Shown here in pieces: positions 1 through 10,337 of a stretch of 64,000 nt of DNA (within the stretch, counting starts at the first letter, position 1; the number at the start of each line of letters is the position of its first letter). The DNA comes from a virus (taxonomy: Duplodnaviria; Heunggongvirae; Uroviricota; Caudoviricetes), in IMG/VR virus record IMGVR_UViG_3300022753_000047; one strand, written 5' to 3'. A program made the translations under genes and the position numbers. Under the pieces are notes generated by a model. It did no database searches and was not told the origin of the DNA. It saw nothing but the letters and a program-made list of their open reading frames with translations.

Positions 1-678
1 TTGAACCTTTGCTTTCGGCTTCTTAAATGAGGGTCGTGCAAACCCAAGGTCATTTAACCATGAGTTCATGTAGGTGGGTTCCCATCCGGCAGAACGAGCC
101 CACCAAGTATCTGTTGTCGATGTAGCTGCACTGTACGCAGCATTTGTTGCTGTCTCAGCGGTGCTATACAGCGGAGCTTCTCTGATTGCCCTAAGCACTT
201 CCTCCGACAATCTCGCATCAATTTGAGCCGCAAGCGCATCTCTTGCTGCAGTTGCGGTAGTTGCTGCGTCTACTGTATGGCGCGAAATCTCTCTTGCAAC
301 TCTCATGCCACTATCACGAATCGTCACTCCGTCTTCTGTGCGATAGAGCTCTTCGCTGTTACCAAAGATCAGATACTCTCCGGGATGAATAGGGATGAGT
401 GTGTCGTTGGTCTCGTAATGGAATGCAGGGAAACACATATTTGCTTCTGGGGCATTCTCAACGATGTAAATGTCAAACCCATGATATCTGCCATAATATC
501 CATTACCGTCAATTCTGACATTCTCACACCATTGGTAGTCTGTTCTCCGGGCGATCTGGTAATAAATTGATGGTGTTACTACAATAGCGACATTATCGTA
601 GTGAGCTCCACGAGCAAGAAATGCGTCCACCTTGGTCATTGCATCTGCAATGAGAAAATCAAGTTCATGGTCATTCAT
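1..678 (-). CDS. hypothetical protein, partial (C-terminal part lies beyond window start)
   Basis: Hand translation of the minus strand: ATG at rc 676-678 (MNDHELDFLIADAMTKVDAFLARGAHYDNVAIVV...) stays open down to position 1, with no TTA/CTA/TCA in that register. It is absent from the ORF track because no stop lies inside the window. Same orientation as all neighbouring genes, and a 8-nt overlap with the upstream gene is typical of phage operons. Confidence 0.4.
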   Translation of the reverse strand, partial: MNDHELDFLIADAMTKVDAFLARGAHYDNVAIVVTPSIYYQIARRTDYQWCENVRIDGNGYYGRYHGFDIYIVENAPEANMCFPAFHYETNDTLIPIHPGEYLIFGNSEELYRTEDGVTIRDSGMRVAREISRHTVDAATTATAARDALAAQIDARLSEEVLRAIREAPLYSTAETATNAAYSAATSTTDTWWARSAGWEPTYMNSWLNDLGFARPSFKKPKAKVQ

Positions 679-940
679 AACATTCACCTGCCAATCTTAC
701 CTCGCCGACAACAGGAGAGATTTTACAGTTGTCTGCGAGTTTGTCGAAACAGTCACAGCAAAGCTGCAGATGTACTTCGCTGAGATCATACTTGCTTCCG
801 TACCCAACGGATTTATGTATGGTAAAGTCTTCCTGCAAATCCCACTCATCGAGTGGTTTACCGCAGAGGTTACAGCATTTTGCTTCTGGCAAGTCAAAGC
901 CCCCCTTTATTTCAATATGAAAGCGTAGTTTTATACACAA
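671..940 (-). CDS. hypothetical Cys-rich (zinc-binding?) protein
   Basis: 89-aa ORF with CxxC...CCDC pairs (CCNLCGK...LCCDCF). Same strand as the replication operon. Confidence 0.4.
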   Translation of the reverse strand: MCIKLRFHIEIKGGFDLPEAKCCNLCGKPLDEWDLQEDFTIHKSVGYGSKYDLSEVHLQLCCDCFDKLADNCKISPVVGEVRLAGECYE

Positions 941-966
941 GCACCATGGCCTGGTTATGGGACTTG

Positions 967-3900
967 TTAAAAAACTCTTTGGTAGTCGGTCATCTTAAAG
1001 TAGCTGCCGTCACGCTCAAATCCCTTACAGAAAATGATATCGCCATCTTTGATAGGCTCTCTGTTGTAGACACTGTTGAACACCGTAAAGCGGCTTTCAA
1101 CTCCACTGCCGATGGACTTTGTGAATACACTGTAGCCGAACTGCTTACCATCACTTTTTCGGTGGAGCGGGATCAGCTTTGTGACATACAACTTTCTGCG
1201 GTCTGTTTCCTTTCCAGAGACATAACCGATGTAACCCATGACATCGTAGAAGTTCTTCACCTTAATAAGGTCGCTGAGGTCTTCCATGTTCATGCTTTTC
1301 ACATAGGTTTCTGCGTCTCTCAGAATGGACATGACATCCAGCAGTGTGTAGCTTTTAGCTTCGCCGCCTGACTTGGTCACGCCGACTGCATACTTCTGAA
1401 CGATGGGTTCCAACGGAGTTCCATCTACGACCGATTTCTTGATCTGCTTGGCGTCTCCCTTTTTGAAAGTGGAAAACAGGTCGACTAACCGCAGTAACTC
1501 TCGCTGGTTGCCAAAGTCGGAGAAGAAATCAAGCTGGATCAGAATCTCAAGCTGTCTTGAGTTGATAGATGTCTTCTTGTCGAGGTCATGGAGCAAATCC
1601 ATGAAGTAGGTGTACTGCCGCTCCTTTGAGAGTTGGTACAATTCATCAGCCAGTGCTGCGCTCATGTACTTCACAGAAGACAAGCCTTTGGCGATGATGT
1701 TCCGCTCACGGTCGAAGAAGTAAACACCCCTTGATAGCCCCCACTTTGGCATGGTCACCTTGATACCGACTTTTGTGGCGTACTTGGTGATAGCCGCTGT
1801 CTTCTCCTGGTTGTCACCAAAGATGTTCAGCGCCGAAGTCAAAAACTCCAGAGGATGGTAGTATCGCAGATAACCGCAGATATAACCGATGGAAGAATAA
1901 GCGTCTGAGTGGTTCCATGAAAAACCGTAGGCAGATGCGTCCAGAATGATTTGCAGGAACGGCTTGATAACCTCTTCGCACCGTTCTCGTGTGATGTCGT
2001 AGTGCTGAGAGGAGTAGTCAATGAACCGCTGCTCAATTTCCGGCAGAAGCGTTTCGGTTCCTTTCTTCTTGGCGATTGCACGGCGGACATTGTCCGACTC
2101 TGCATTGGAATAGCCACAGAATGTAACGAGGAACCGCATGATGGTTTCTTGCATGGCAATTCGACCTGCTTCCATAGCGAGCATATCGTTTAATTCCTTG
2201 AAACCATTGTCGTAAAACTCACCATTTGCGACGCTGTTTCGGAAGCTGGCACACGCCGGACGAATCAAACCATTGCCAAAGGACAGCCACTTAATCATGG
2301 AGAAGTTCGGAACAAGTTCCTTTGCAATCTGGATTGTCTGGTCAGACATGAACTTTTTCAGATAGGCTTGTGCCGAGTCACTTTCCCATTGGAAGATCAG
2401 TGTGGTGTCGTCTCGGATACTTTTCCAAACTGCCTCGTCTTCCATATCCGTATTATCCGGTGTAAGGCGTTCAATGCCGAGTTTCTTACAGGTATCGTTG
2501 ATAACGCCGATGTTGTCCAGACCGAGGATGTCCAACTTGACATACATCAAGTCATCCAGTTCCTTCATGTTAATCATGGACACCGGATAATCAGAGGTTG
2601 AAATACTGCACAGACCGACGGTCTGGCTGATGGGCAGGTCGCTGATAAGGACGCCACTTGGATGGGTGCCGATAGACACGATGGTGCCACGAACAATATC
2701 TACATAACTGAAAAGCTCTTTGTATTTTGCACGAATGGCAGCCTTTTCGCTTTCGTTCTTGCTGTCTGCCGCTTTGGTGATGCTGGGAACCTCTGAAAGA
2801 GGAATGCCCAGTGCTCTGGCAACATCTCGAATGGCGCCCTTTTCTTCAATCGTATTGAATGTGATGATCTCTGCCGACTGAATGTTGGGAAGCCCCATCT
2901 TTTCTTTTAAGAGGAACTCCTTGACGCGATCTCTGTCTTTGCCGCTGTAGTCTGTATCAATATCTGCGTTGGTAACACGGGACGGGTTCATGAAACGGAA
3001 GAAGTTCAAATCGAACTGGAGACTGTCCATTTCCGTAATGCCAAGCAGATAAGCGACCATGCTGCCGGACACAGAACCACGACCATATCCGCACTGGATG
3101 CCATTGGCTCGTTCCCATTCACGCAGATACCGTTGCAGAAGCATGAAGTCGATGGACTTTGTCGCCTTGTAAACTTCAATCTCCTCAGCAACCACTTTAC
3201 CTAACCGCTCGCCACCGTGACGCTTGACTGCATACGGGTGAGTTTTGATTGCATCGCTGATTTTCTCAACGAATGTCCGCTCCGGGTCTTCGTAGATGTG
3301 TGGGTATTTGGTTCCTCTATCGAGCTCAAACTCTTCTACCATATCCGCCATAATGTTTGTCATTTCGATGGCCTGCATATAGACTTCATGCGGCAAGGAG
3401 TTTTGTTGTCTATAGGAACTGACGAGCTCGTCGTAGGTTTTGAATTTCAAATCCCACTTATCTTCCTCGTCAAATCGAATGTTTTTTGACCGCTGCAAGA
3501 TTGCACGACCTCGTTCGTGCTCAGCGTTCAACACATGGGTATCAGTTCCTGCGATCAACGGAATACCCGTTTCCTGGCTCAACTGATAGAGACGCTGGTT
3601 GTAAACAAGCTGTTTGTCATCCAGATGATGGCCAACTTCAAGGAAACAGCGGTGCTTGTTCTTCTTCATAAACGATAAGAACCGCTCCTGAATGAAGCCG
3701 TCTCCTTTTGCAAGAACACCGCCGATACAAGCTGTGGTAACGAGGATGTTGTCCGATGTTTGGAACAACTCGTCAAAGGAAATTCGGGGGACATAGTAGA
3801 AATGGTTGTCCTTTCTGTTGAAACTGCCGGTAACCAACTGGTTCAACTCAAGGAAACCATCATAGTTCTTTGCGATCAGTACACAGTGGTAATTGTCTCT

Positions 3901-4200
3901 GATCTTTTCAGTCAGATCGGAGGTGAGATACGCTTCAACGGCATGGATGTATTTCATGCCAGCCGCTTCAATAGCGGTCTTCTTATGCCACCACTCAAAA
4001 ACGGAGCCATGCTCCGAAAAAGCCATTGCTTTCATACCGCACTCTTTAGCACGGGTTATGTATTCACCGAACTTGGTGACGGAGTCAATGTTGGTAACAC
4101 CGTTACTCAAGTCTGAGTGAAGGTGATATACAACATAATTGTCGCTACCGATAGTAAAGCCTCCTCTCGTACAGTTTTTCCCACACTTCTTGCCCAGCAT
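967..4200 (-). CDS. dnaE: DNA polymerase III alpha subunit (DnaE-like)
   Basis: 1077-aa ORF. N-terminal PHP domain (YHLHSDLSNGV...AFSEHG). Pol III alpha palm motif GYGRGSVSGSMVAYLLGITEMD. Confidence 0.85.
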   Translation of the reverse strand: MLGKKCGKNCTRGGFTIGSDNYVVYHLHSDLSNGVTNIDSVTKFGEYITRAKECGMKAMAFSEHGSVFEWWHKKTAIEAAGMKYIHAVEAYLTSDLTEKIRDNYHCVLIAKNYDGFLELNQLVTGSFNRKDNHFYYVPRISFDELFQTSDNILVTTACIGGVLAKGDGFIQERFLSFMKKNKHRCFLEVGHHLDDKQLVYNQRLYQLSQETGIPLIAGTDTHVLNAEHERGRAILQRSKNIRFDEEDKWDLKFKTYDELVSSYRQQNSLPHEVYMQAIEMTNIMADMVEEFELDRGTKYPHIYEDPERTFVEKISDAIKTHPYAVKRHGGERLGKVVAEEIEVYKATKSIDFMLLQRYLREWERANGIQCGYGRGSVSGSMVAYLLGITEMDSLQFDLNFFRFMNPSRVTNADIDTDYSGKDRDRVKEFLLKEKMGLPNIQSAEIITFNTIEEKGAIRDVARALGIPLSEVPSITKAADSKNESEKAAIRAKYKELFSYVDIVRGTIVSIGTHPSGVLISDLPISQTVGLCSISTSDYPVSMINMKELDDLMYVKLDILGLDNIGVINDTCKKLGIERLTPDNTDMEDEAVWKSIRDDTTLIFQWESDSAQAYLKKFMSDQTIQIAKELVPNFSMIKWLSFGNGLIRPACASFRNSVANGEFYDNGFKELNDMLAMEAGRIAMQETIMRFLVTFCGYSNAESDNVRRAIAKKKGTETLLPEIEQRFIDYSSQHYDITRERCEEVIKPFLQIILDASAYGFSWNHSDAYSSIGYICGYLRYYHPLEFLTSALNIFGDNQEKTAAITKYATKVGIKVTMPKWGLSRGVYFFDRERNIIAKGLSSVKYMSAALADELYQLSKERQYTYFMDLLHDLDKKTSINSRQLEILIQLDFFSDFGNQRELLRLVDLFSTFKKGDAKQIKKSVVDGTPLEPIVQKYAVGVTKSGGEAKSYTLLDVMSILRDAETYVKSMNMEDLSDLIKVKNFYDVMGYIGYVSGKETDRRKLYVTKLIPLHRKSDGKQFGYSVFTKSIGSGVESRFTVFNSVYNREPIKDGDIIFCKGFERDGSYFKMTDYQRVF

Positions 4201-5125
4201 CGACCGGACTCATCTTGTCTTCCAGCAGATCATCCTTATCCCAGATGTACTCAACTCGGACATAGCGTTTCAAACGCTTGATGTTTTCGTCCTCTCGGAT
4301 ATTCACGCCTTTGTCGAGGGCAAAAACTACTCGACAGCCGAGTTTGGCAAGTATCTTTAACTGGTAAGGGTTCACATGAGAGGTAAGCAGAGCCGCTGTG
4401 TTGCGTATCCCCCAGGAGTCGGCAAGCATAACTGACTTTGCGCCCTCAAACAGGATGATTTCGTTCTTGAGCAGGATGAAATCTCTGTTCTCGGCCAGCC
4501 CGTAGAGCGTGTCCAGGATGCCAAGTGGCTTGAAGTATGTGTATTTCCGCAACTTTTTCTCTTTCCATTGCTCGTCCACCGTTCTGCCGGACACATTGAT
4601 GATCTGCCCGTCCACGCTTCGTATCGGATACACGATGCGGTCTGAAAAATCATCGTATGAGACCTGGAAACGCCGCAAAGACAGGTCTGAGATGCCTTCG
4701 TTTCGCCAAATCTCCAGCTTATCGTCTCTCGGAGTGTATCTGGACATATAGTCATCAGGTAAAACCACTGATTTTGAGATTTTGACCTGCTTTTTCTTCG
4801 GCGCAAACTTCTTGGCGACCTTTGACGCCTCCATTTTTTGCCTTGGTGACGAGCAACCTTTTTCACCAGCATATTTTCGGAGAATATCTGCCGCTTTTGA
4901 GTCACCACACTGGTAGTAGCTCTTGATGAACGACAGAACATTGCCACCTTTGCCGGAAGAGAAGTCGTAAAACCGATTCATTTCGGTATTAACGGAGAAT
5001 GATGGCGTCTCTTCCTCTTTAAGTGGAGACAATGCCCAATATTCACCGTTTTTTTCTTCAAACTCTGTGAACTGCGAGATATATTCGAGAATATCCACTG
5101 AATCAATAAGCTCCGAGAGCGTCAC
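4145..5125 (-). CDS. DNA primase, DnaG-like (degenerate zinc-binding region plus TOPRIM)
   Basis: N-terminal ...EETPSFSVN...FYDFSSGKGGNVLSFIK resembles the DnaG Zn-ribbon region. EGAKSVMLADSWG is TOPRIM-like. Sits between helicase and polymerase. Confidence 0.55.
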   Translation of the reverse strand: MTLSELIDSVDILEYISQFTEFEEKNGEYWALSPLKEEETPSFSVNTEMNRFYDFSSGKGGNVLSFIKSYYQCGDSKAADILRKYAGEKGCSSPRQKMEASKVAKKFAPKKKQVKISKSVVLPDDYMSRYTPRDDKLEIWRNEGISDLSLRRFQVSYDDFSDRIVYPIRSVDGQIINVSGRTVDEQWKEKKLRKYTYFKPLGILDTLYGLAENRDFILLKNEIILFEGAKSVMLADSWGIRNTAALLTSHVNPYQLKILAKLGCRVVFALDKGVNIREDENIKRLKRYVRVEYIWDKDDLLEDKMSPVDAGQEVWEKLYERRLYYR

Positions 5126-5164
5126 ACCATCACCTCCGTCGAGTTATTTTATTATGTTGGCAGA

Positions 5165-6529
5165 TTAAAAGGGTGTCTGCGGAATGTGCTGTCTGGCCTG
5201 TTCATACAGGATAATATTTCCGTTGAACTGCAAGTCGATGTATTCTCCTTGTGCCATCTGCATACCGTTTCGGTTCAAAATAACAGACAACTTTTTGTTG
5301 CCGCACTCAACACCGTCTGCCTCGATCTCATCAGGTGTCTTATCCCGGATGACTGCAATCGTTGATGCGTTTCTGCCGATTTTGGCACTGTCTGCGACCT
5401 TGCCGGTCGCTGTAGCCTGTGCAGCACCAAGACCTGCAATGTTCATCTCACCGCAAATCTGGTTCTTGACCATGTCAACAAACCTGCCGAGTTCCTGATA
5501 ACTGTCAAACGCATCACCCTCGCCTTTACCCTTAAAGTAATCAACGATCAAGACATCCAACCCCTGCGTATGCTTGACTTTTTTGACCGCAGTATAGATA
5601 CTTTGCTGGTCAAACATAGGGATATAGATGTGGGTGAACTTTCTGGTCTTCAACCACTCTTTGGCGTTCATGATTCGACGCTCTTCCTCGTCTGTGTAGT
5701 TACCTGCGGTCAGTCGCTTAAACTCAATGCCCGTCAGGTGAGACAGAATTCTCGCTGTGAACAGTCTTGAGTTCAACTCACTATCCAGATAGAGAATGGC
5801 AAGGTCTTGCTTTAACATATCCACAGCACAATTCAGAAGCATCATACTTTTGCCTTGCTTGGCTTCGGCTGCAAAGATGAAAAGCTCACCACGCTCAAGG
5901 GTGGCATATTCGTTCAGAGCTGGGAACTTGAACGGAATGCCTGCATAACCGTTGCCTTGGCGTTCTTTGATTTTTGCCCAGCAATCATCTACGATTTCTG
6001 CATATGGCGGTACATCATTCGTTGTGGAATACTCCATCATGATGTCGTCAAGGGATGCGTAGATTTTCTGCTCCAGGTCTTTCTCAGTATCATCGAGACA
6101 AAGAGCTTCGCACTCTCGCAGCTTCTTAAAGGTATCTCTTCGCAAAGCCGCATTGAGAACATTGCTGACCAGCATCTTATATTCCTCGACAGAGCGTCTT
6201 GCCAGAGTGTCACTCATGTCGATGAAATCTTGCAGTTCATCGATTTGCAATTCCGCAGCATAGCGTCTTGTGTTTTCGTTGGACTCCAGAGCGTTGATGA
6301 TGTTGTATGCGTCAACCGTCCCGATGTTTTGCTGGGTCAGAATGGTGATTGCCAGGTACATATAGGCGTTTTGCCTGTCACAGAAGTGATTCGGCAAGAG
6401 ATTCTCTGAATAGAAAATCAACTCCGGGTTATGTATCAAAGAAGCAATTATGCCAGACTCGCTTGTGATGTTATTGATGTCTTCGATTTTGATATTTCTC
6501 ACCTCTTTGTCAACTCGAAGTAGTCGCAA
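5165..6529 (-). CDS. replicative DNA helicase, DnaB-like
   Basis: 454 aa. Walker A-like AEAKQGKSMML in the C-terminal RecA-like domain. N-terminal helical domain. Adjacent to primase. Confidence 0.7.
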   Translation of the reverse strand: MRLLRVDKEVRNIKIEDINNITSESGIIASLIHNPELIFYSENLLPNHFCDRQNAYMYLAITILTQQNIGTVDAYNIINALESNENTRRYAAELQIDELQDFIDMSDTLARRSVEEYKMLVSNVLNAALRRDTFKKLRECEALCLDDTEKDLEQKIYASLDDIMMEYSTTNDVPPYAEIVDDCWAKIKERQGNGYAGIPFKFPALNEYATLERGELFIFAAEAKQGKSMMLLNCAVDMLKQDLAILYLDSELNSRLFTARILSHLTGIEFKRLTAGNYTDEEERRIMNAKEWLKTRKFTHIYIPMFDQQSIYTAVKKVKHTQGLDVLIVDYFKGKGEGDAFDSYQELGRFVDMVKNQICGEMNIAGLGAAQATATGKVADSAKIGRNASTIAVIRDKTPDEIEADGVECGNKKLSVILNRNGMQMAQGEYIDLQFNGNIILYEQARQHIPQTPF

Positions 6530-7290
6530 TAGTCCTGCATTTCACACAGGTATCGGCACTTGAAATACTCAATATTTGGGCGGAACTCTGTTTCAGTTGC
6601 GATCTCGTCAACCTTATCTTTAACCCACAGCTTTGCGTTATCACAGGCATCTTCAAGAAACGGTTCTTCGATACGCAGTTGACTACGGAAGCAATTAAAG
6701 CAAAGTGTACTCGGCGGCTTACCGTAATGGTCATTGACGAAAATTGAGTACAGATACAACTGTTTCAGATATTGGTCAAGCTCCAGATCGGACTTTGTTG
6801 GTTTGCTTCGATGGCTCCGAGGTTTCAATGTTCTCGACTTGTTGTCTACAACAATGATCTCGCCATTCTTATCTTCTTCCAACAAATCGATATAGCCAAT
6901 GAATGGTATATCTCCGATTTGGAACTCTACTTTATTCTCAACGGAAAGAATCTTGTTTGGAGGAGTAGTCAGCCCTCTCAAATAATTCAGACCGTCAAGG
7001 AAGTAGTTTTTGAATATGGTCTTATTGGGTGCATAAGCATTGACCTGTTCACGAAAGTTCTGCAGATATTCTGCTTCAACTTGCGCCGCAGTTTTCTCAC
7101 CAGAATAGAAGCTGGCAAGCAACTCATGAACGAACTTGCCGTAGTTTGCAAAGAACATATCCTTACCCTTGACCCTTGGGTAACGAATGTATTTCAAGTA
7201 CCAGCGGTATGGGCAGTCATCAAAGGCTTTGATCCTGGAATAACTCCAGGTCATGTCCCGAATCAATGGTTCGTAGCTGATTTCTCCCAT
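6499..7290 (-). CDS. PD-(D/E)XK nuclease, Cas4/RecB-like with Cys cluster
   Basis: N-terminal CPYRWYLKY Cys and C-terminal CRYLCEMQDYC triad (4Fe-4S-type arrangement). Central IGYIDLLEED...IVVDNKS fits the D..ExK core. Confidence 0.6.
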   Translation of the reverse strand: MGEISYEPLIRDMTWSYSRIKAFDDCPYRWYLKYIRYPRVKGKDMFFANYGKFVHELLASFYSGEKTAAQVEAEYLQNFREQVNAYAPNKTIFKNYFLDGLNYLRGLTTPPNKILSVENKVEFQIGDIPFIGYIDLLEEDKNGEIIVVDNKSRTLKPRSHRSKPTKSDLELDQYLKQLYLYSIFVNDHYGKPPSTLCFNCFRSQLRIEEPFLEDACDNAKLWVKDKVDEIATETEFRPNIEYFKCRYLCEMQDYCDYFELTKR

Positions 7291-7306
7291 AGGCCGCCCG
7301 CCTTAA

Positions 7307-7675
7307 TCAGAACGGCAGACGGCTGTCGTCGACTTCTCCGTCGTCAACAGAGTGCTCAGGTTCAGTGCTGTTTGCGCCATCACCATCGGCATCCTCGAAA
7401 GAGAAAATCTTGTAGTTGGTGTATGTAGTTTTCTTGGCGGCGTCGTACTTGGTGGTCACATCGCAATCGCCGATCTTGATGCGAGAACCCTCGTGCAGCA
7501 GCGTTGCTTTCTTGGCGGCTGCTGTGCCGATACACAGAACGAAACCGGAGAAGTCCTGCTCGTACTCGCCAGTCTGTTTGTTCTTACGGCTGACCGAGAT
7601 ACGAATCTTGGTATTCGTGTCACTCATGGGGGACACTTCCCAAACCTTTGCATAGGCGCCTGTACGGAAACCCAT
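7307..7675 (-). CDS. ssb: single-stranded DNA-binding protein (SSB)
   Basis: 122 aa. OB-fold-like N-terminus. Acidic C-terminal tail ending DDSRLPF (compare DDDIPF). Confidence 0.6.
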   Translation of the reverse strand: MGFRTGAYAKVWEVSPMSDTNTKIRISVSRKNKQTGEYEQDFSGFVLCIGTAAAKKATLLHEGSRIKIGDCDVTTKYDAAKKTTYTNYKIFSFEDADGDGANSTEPEHSVDDGEVDDSRLPF

Positions 7676-7696
7676 TTTGAATTCCTCCTTTGTATG

Positions 7697-8386
7697 TTAC
7701 GCACCGACGGCGGTCTGCAGCTCCTGCAGCAGCTTACCAGCCAGCGTGGATTCCTTGATTGCGAAGTAGTCGCCGTTCTTCACATACTTGGTGACCAGCT
7801 TCTTCACATCGTCTTTCTTGTCGGGGTGTGCAGCCAGGTAGTCCTTGATCGTCTTGTCGATGCTTTCGATGATCTGATTGGTGATGACCCGGTCTTCCTC
7901 TGCCTCAGCTTCTTTCTGCTTGCTACGGAACTTATCGGGGTCATCGTTGGAGGTGGAAATGTTGAAGAACTTCAACAGGAAATAACGGGAAGAGTAGGTA
8001 AGGCCGGAGCCAAAACTCTGAGATGCGTCGCTCTGCTGGCCAACCATAGACCAGGTCTTTACGATTCGCTCCTCGGGATTGCTATTGTTTACCCATGTCC
8101 AGGTCATATCGGCGCTAACAAGCACCTCGTTGACATTCTCCTCGTAGATTTCGCCCTTTGGCGTAGTCTTGGTCTTCTTATAAGGATAGGGGATGACCTT
8201 GGTAGTTCCGGGGACGATGTCAGGGAATAGAGAGAGATCGTACTTCTCCATGAAGACTGTGATCTTGGCCAGGATGCTCTCTTCTTTGGTGTAGTTGTAT
8301 CCATAAGCCTTGGTATCTTTCTTCATGATCTCAACCTGCTTACGGATTTTGGCGAGCTTCTGGTAGATGTTCATCTGTTCAGCCAT
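7697..8386 (-). CDS. ERF-family single-strand annealing protein
   Basis: N-terminus MAEQMNIYQKLAKIRKQV is typical of the ERF superfamily. Located with SSB and nuclease. Confidence 0.55.
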   Translation of the reverse strand: MAEQMNIYQKLAKIRKQVEIMKKDTKAYGYNYTKEESILAKITVFMEKYDLSLFPDIVPGTTKVIPYPYKKTKTTPKGEIYEENVNEVLVSADMTWTWVNNSNPEERIVKTWSMVGQQSDASQSFGSGLTYSSRYFLLKFFNISTSNDDPDKFRSKQKEAEAEEDRVITNQIIESIDKTIKDYLAAHPDKKDDVKKLVTKYVKNGDYFAIKESTLAGKLLQELQTAVGA

Positions 8387-8398
8387 GAATACCTCCCA

Positions 8399-8668
8399 TT
8401 ATTCGTCGCCCAGAAGAGCACGGAAGTTGGCAATGACTTTGTCGTTCTTTGCCTTTGCTTCAGTCAGACCGGCTCTTGTAGCATCAAGTCCCTTCTGGTA
8501 ATCATCGATCTCGCGGATGGTATCCTCGATGCCACGGCTGATCTCTCCAAGGTTGTCGATGGTGTTCGTGACCAGAGAAACTGCGCTGTCGTACTGAGCC
8601 ATATACTGGCTCAACTGTGCCTGCTTCTTCAGCATGATGTCGGGGTTTTTGTTTTTTCTGAACGCCAT
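8399..8668 (-). CDS. hypothetical coiled-coil protein
   Basis: 89-aa ORF in the operon; overlaps the next gene by 1 nt. Confidence 0.4.
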   Translation of the reverse strand: MAFRKNKNPDIMLKKQAQLSQYMAQYDSAVSLVTNTIDNLGEISRGIEDTIREIDDYQKGLDATRAGLTEAKAKNDKVIANFRALLGDE

Positions 8669-9288
8669 TATGTATTCTCCTTTTCTTCGATTAAATATGT
8701 GGCTTCCATATCTGCCAGATGTGTGAGCAGTGCAAGTTTGCTTCGCTCAAAGATTTTGCCAATGAAATACTCACCGCCTTTGACCGAAGTATCAAAACCA
8801 CCCATATGGGCACGGATGGCGCAGATTTCTTCCGGTGTCAAACGGATAAAGTTCTGGAGGATAATCACAGATTTTTCGCCGTGACCACATGGGAATTTCT
8901 CGTCAACCTCATATACTTCCTTTTGAACCCATACGCCATTTTCCTTGACATTACGGGTTCCTTTTTTGTAGTAGTTGACTTTGCAGGCATCGTGCAGCAG
9001 CGAAATAATAGCAATCGTTTCATCGCTGTACTGTTCTTTCAGACCGGCGTGTTCAAGCAGCCCAACAAGGCAGTGGTAAACATTGAGTGAATGTTCAAGC
9101 AAACCACCTTCATGATTTCCATGGAATCGTGTTGATGCGGGTGCGGTGAAAAAGTCTGACTGCGTCAGCCAGTCGAGCAGGTCTTCCTTGCCGTCTCTTG
9201 TGATAAGTGTGTGATACAACTCCAAAAACTCAGCTTTCTTTTCTTCCATAGTCTCACCTCCGATCTGAAATAGATTGATATATATCAA
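8668..9288 (-). CDS. HD-domain phosphohydrolase
   Basis: H...HD motifs: HSLNVYH and ISLLHDACK. Confidence 0.6.
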   Translation of the reverse strand: MIYINLFQIGGETMEEKKAEFLELYHTLITRDGKEDLLDWLTQSDFFTAPASTRFHGNHEGGLLEHSLNVYHCLVGLLEHAGLKEQYSDETIAIISLLHDACKVNYYKKGTRNVKENGVWVQKEVYEVDEKFPCGHGEKSVIILQNFIRLTPEEICAIRAHMGGFDTSVKGGEYFIGKIFERSKLALLTHLADMEATYLIEEKENT

Positions 9289-9369
9289 CCACGATTGTGG
9301 ATTGCTTGCGATTTATTTTATTATGTTGATGGCGTATGTAAAAGCACCCGCCGGAACGGGTGCTTGAAC

Positions 9370-10320
9370 TCAAATCGAAAAAGCCAGCTTCCATCTCTGG
9401 TAATCGTCCATGTAGTCCTTGGCCTTTCTATTTTGTTTTTGCCGGAGCGTCGCTCTACCCTCTAAGGAATAAGTCTTACCAGACATTTCCTGGATAGCTG
9501 CTTCTGAGAAGTCGGCGGGGATACCGGCTCGCTCCATCTCATACATCCGATAGAACAGACCAGATAACCAAATGCGATAGAAACTAAGTTGCTGTTGGGT
9601 CTTGCCGTTCTTAAACGCCTCCGTCAGTCTTTTGGAGAGAGTAGAGCGTAAGGTAAGCAACTGCGTATTAGCCTTTATCCCACGCATCAAAGTTGTTCCT
9701 GCGATTCTGTCCCGAATTACGAGCTTTGAGTAGTTCGGATGCTTATAGGAGAATTGCGTGAGTTGGATTGCATTACGAAAAGCCGGAAGAGCCTCTCTGT
9801 AAATTGGACGCTCCTGACCATTATGGTCGATGGTCATATTTGCCATGTCAACATCCTTTGTTTCGATCTGCAGGGTATCTTCTTCTGGAATACCGGCATA
9901 CCCCATCCAGAAAAAGCAGCGGTAGATGTTGTCGATTGTCTCTTCGTCCTCTGTGTCAAAAACCTCGTTCAGGTATTTCTGCAGATGAAGAGGGCTCGAA
10001 ACCATCTGCGCTCTTACTTTGTCAAGGCCGAGAAGGTCGACATGCATGATGCTGTCACAGGCACCAGGATACTTGTTTGCAATACACCAGCGCACATACT
10101 CACGCATGATAATGATGCCCATCCATTTACTTGCGGCTCTCAAACCCAAAACATTATTGATTGCAGGCTGCAGCTCGTCAACGGTAAAGGCACACATATC
10201 TTTTTCATAGGTCTCTTCGTATGCCGAAAGCGCTTCAAACATATTGCAGGCTACATTCGATGTATGAATACTCTTTGTGTAACCGGCTATGAACTTCCGT
10301 TTCTGTTCCTCGTTATACAT
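9370..10320 (-). CDS. hypothetical protein
   Basis: 316-aa ORF with good coding continuity and no recognised motif. Confidence 0.45.
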   Translation of the reverse strand: MYNEEQKRKFIAGYTKSIHTSNVACNMFEALSAYEETYEKDMCAFTVDELQPAINNVLGLRAASKWMGIIIMREYVRWCIANKYPGACDSIMHVDLLGLDKVRAQMVSSPLHLQKYLNEVFDTEDEETIDNIYRCFFWMGYAGIPEEDTLQIETKDVDMANMTIDHNGQERPIYREALPAFRNAIQLTQFSYKHPNYSKLVIRDRIAGTTLMRGIKANTQLLTLRSTLSKRLTEAFKNGKTQQQLSFYRIWLSGLFYRMYEMERAGIPADFSEAAIQEMSGKTYSLEGRATLRQKQNRKAKDYMDDYQRWKLAFSI

Positions 10321-10337
10321 AATTAAACCTCCTTGAA

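Noticed and set aside
223-570. Plus-strand 115-aa ORF
   Set aside because: It shares the triplet register with a longer open minus-strand frame (1-678) that has an ATG start, overlaps the next gene in operon fashion and matches the orientation of all neighbours. The plus ORF is the mirror frame.
7352-8230. Long plus-strand ORFs (7352-8230, 33975-35021, 37700-38473, 39274-40224, 47172-48863, 48751-49767, 49607-50695)
   Set aside because: Each is antisense to a minus-strand gene with clear family motifs (ERF/SSB, SPFH, NadE SGGKDS, NAMPT, ThiF GCGSVG, JAB HSH...S..D). Their translations are Arg/Ser/Leu-rich and low-complexity, as expected for shadow ORFs.
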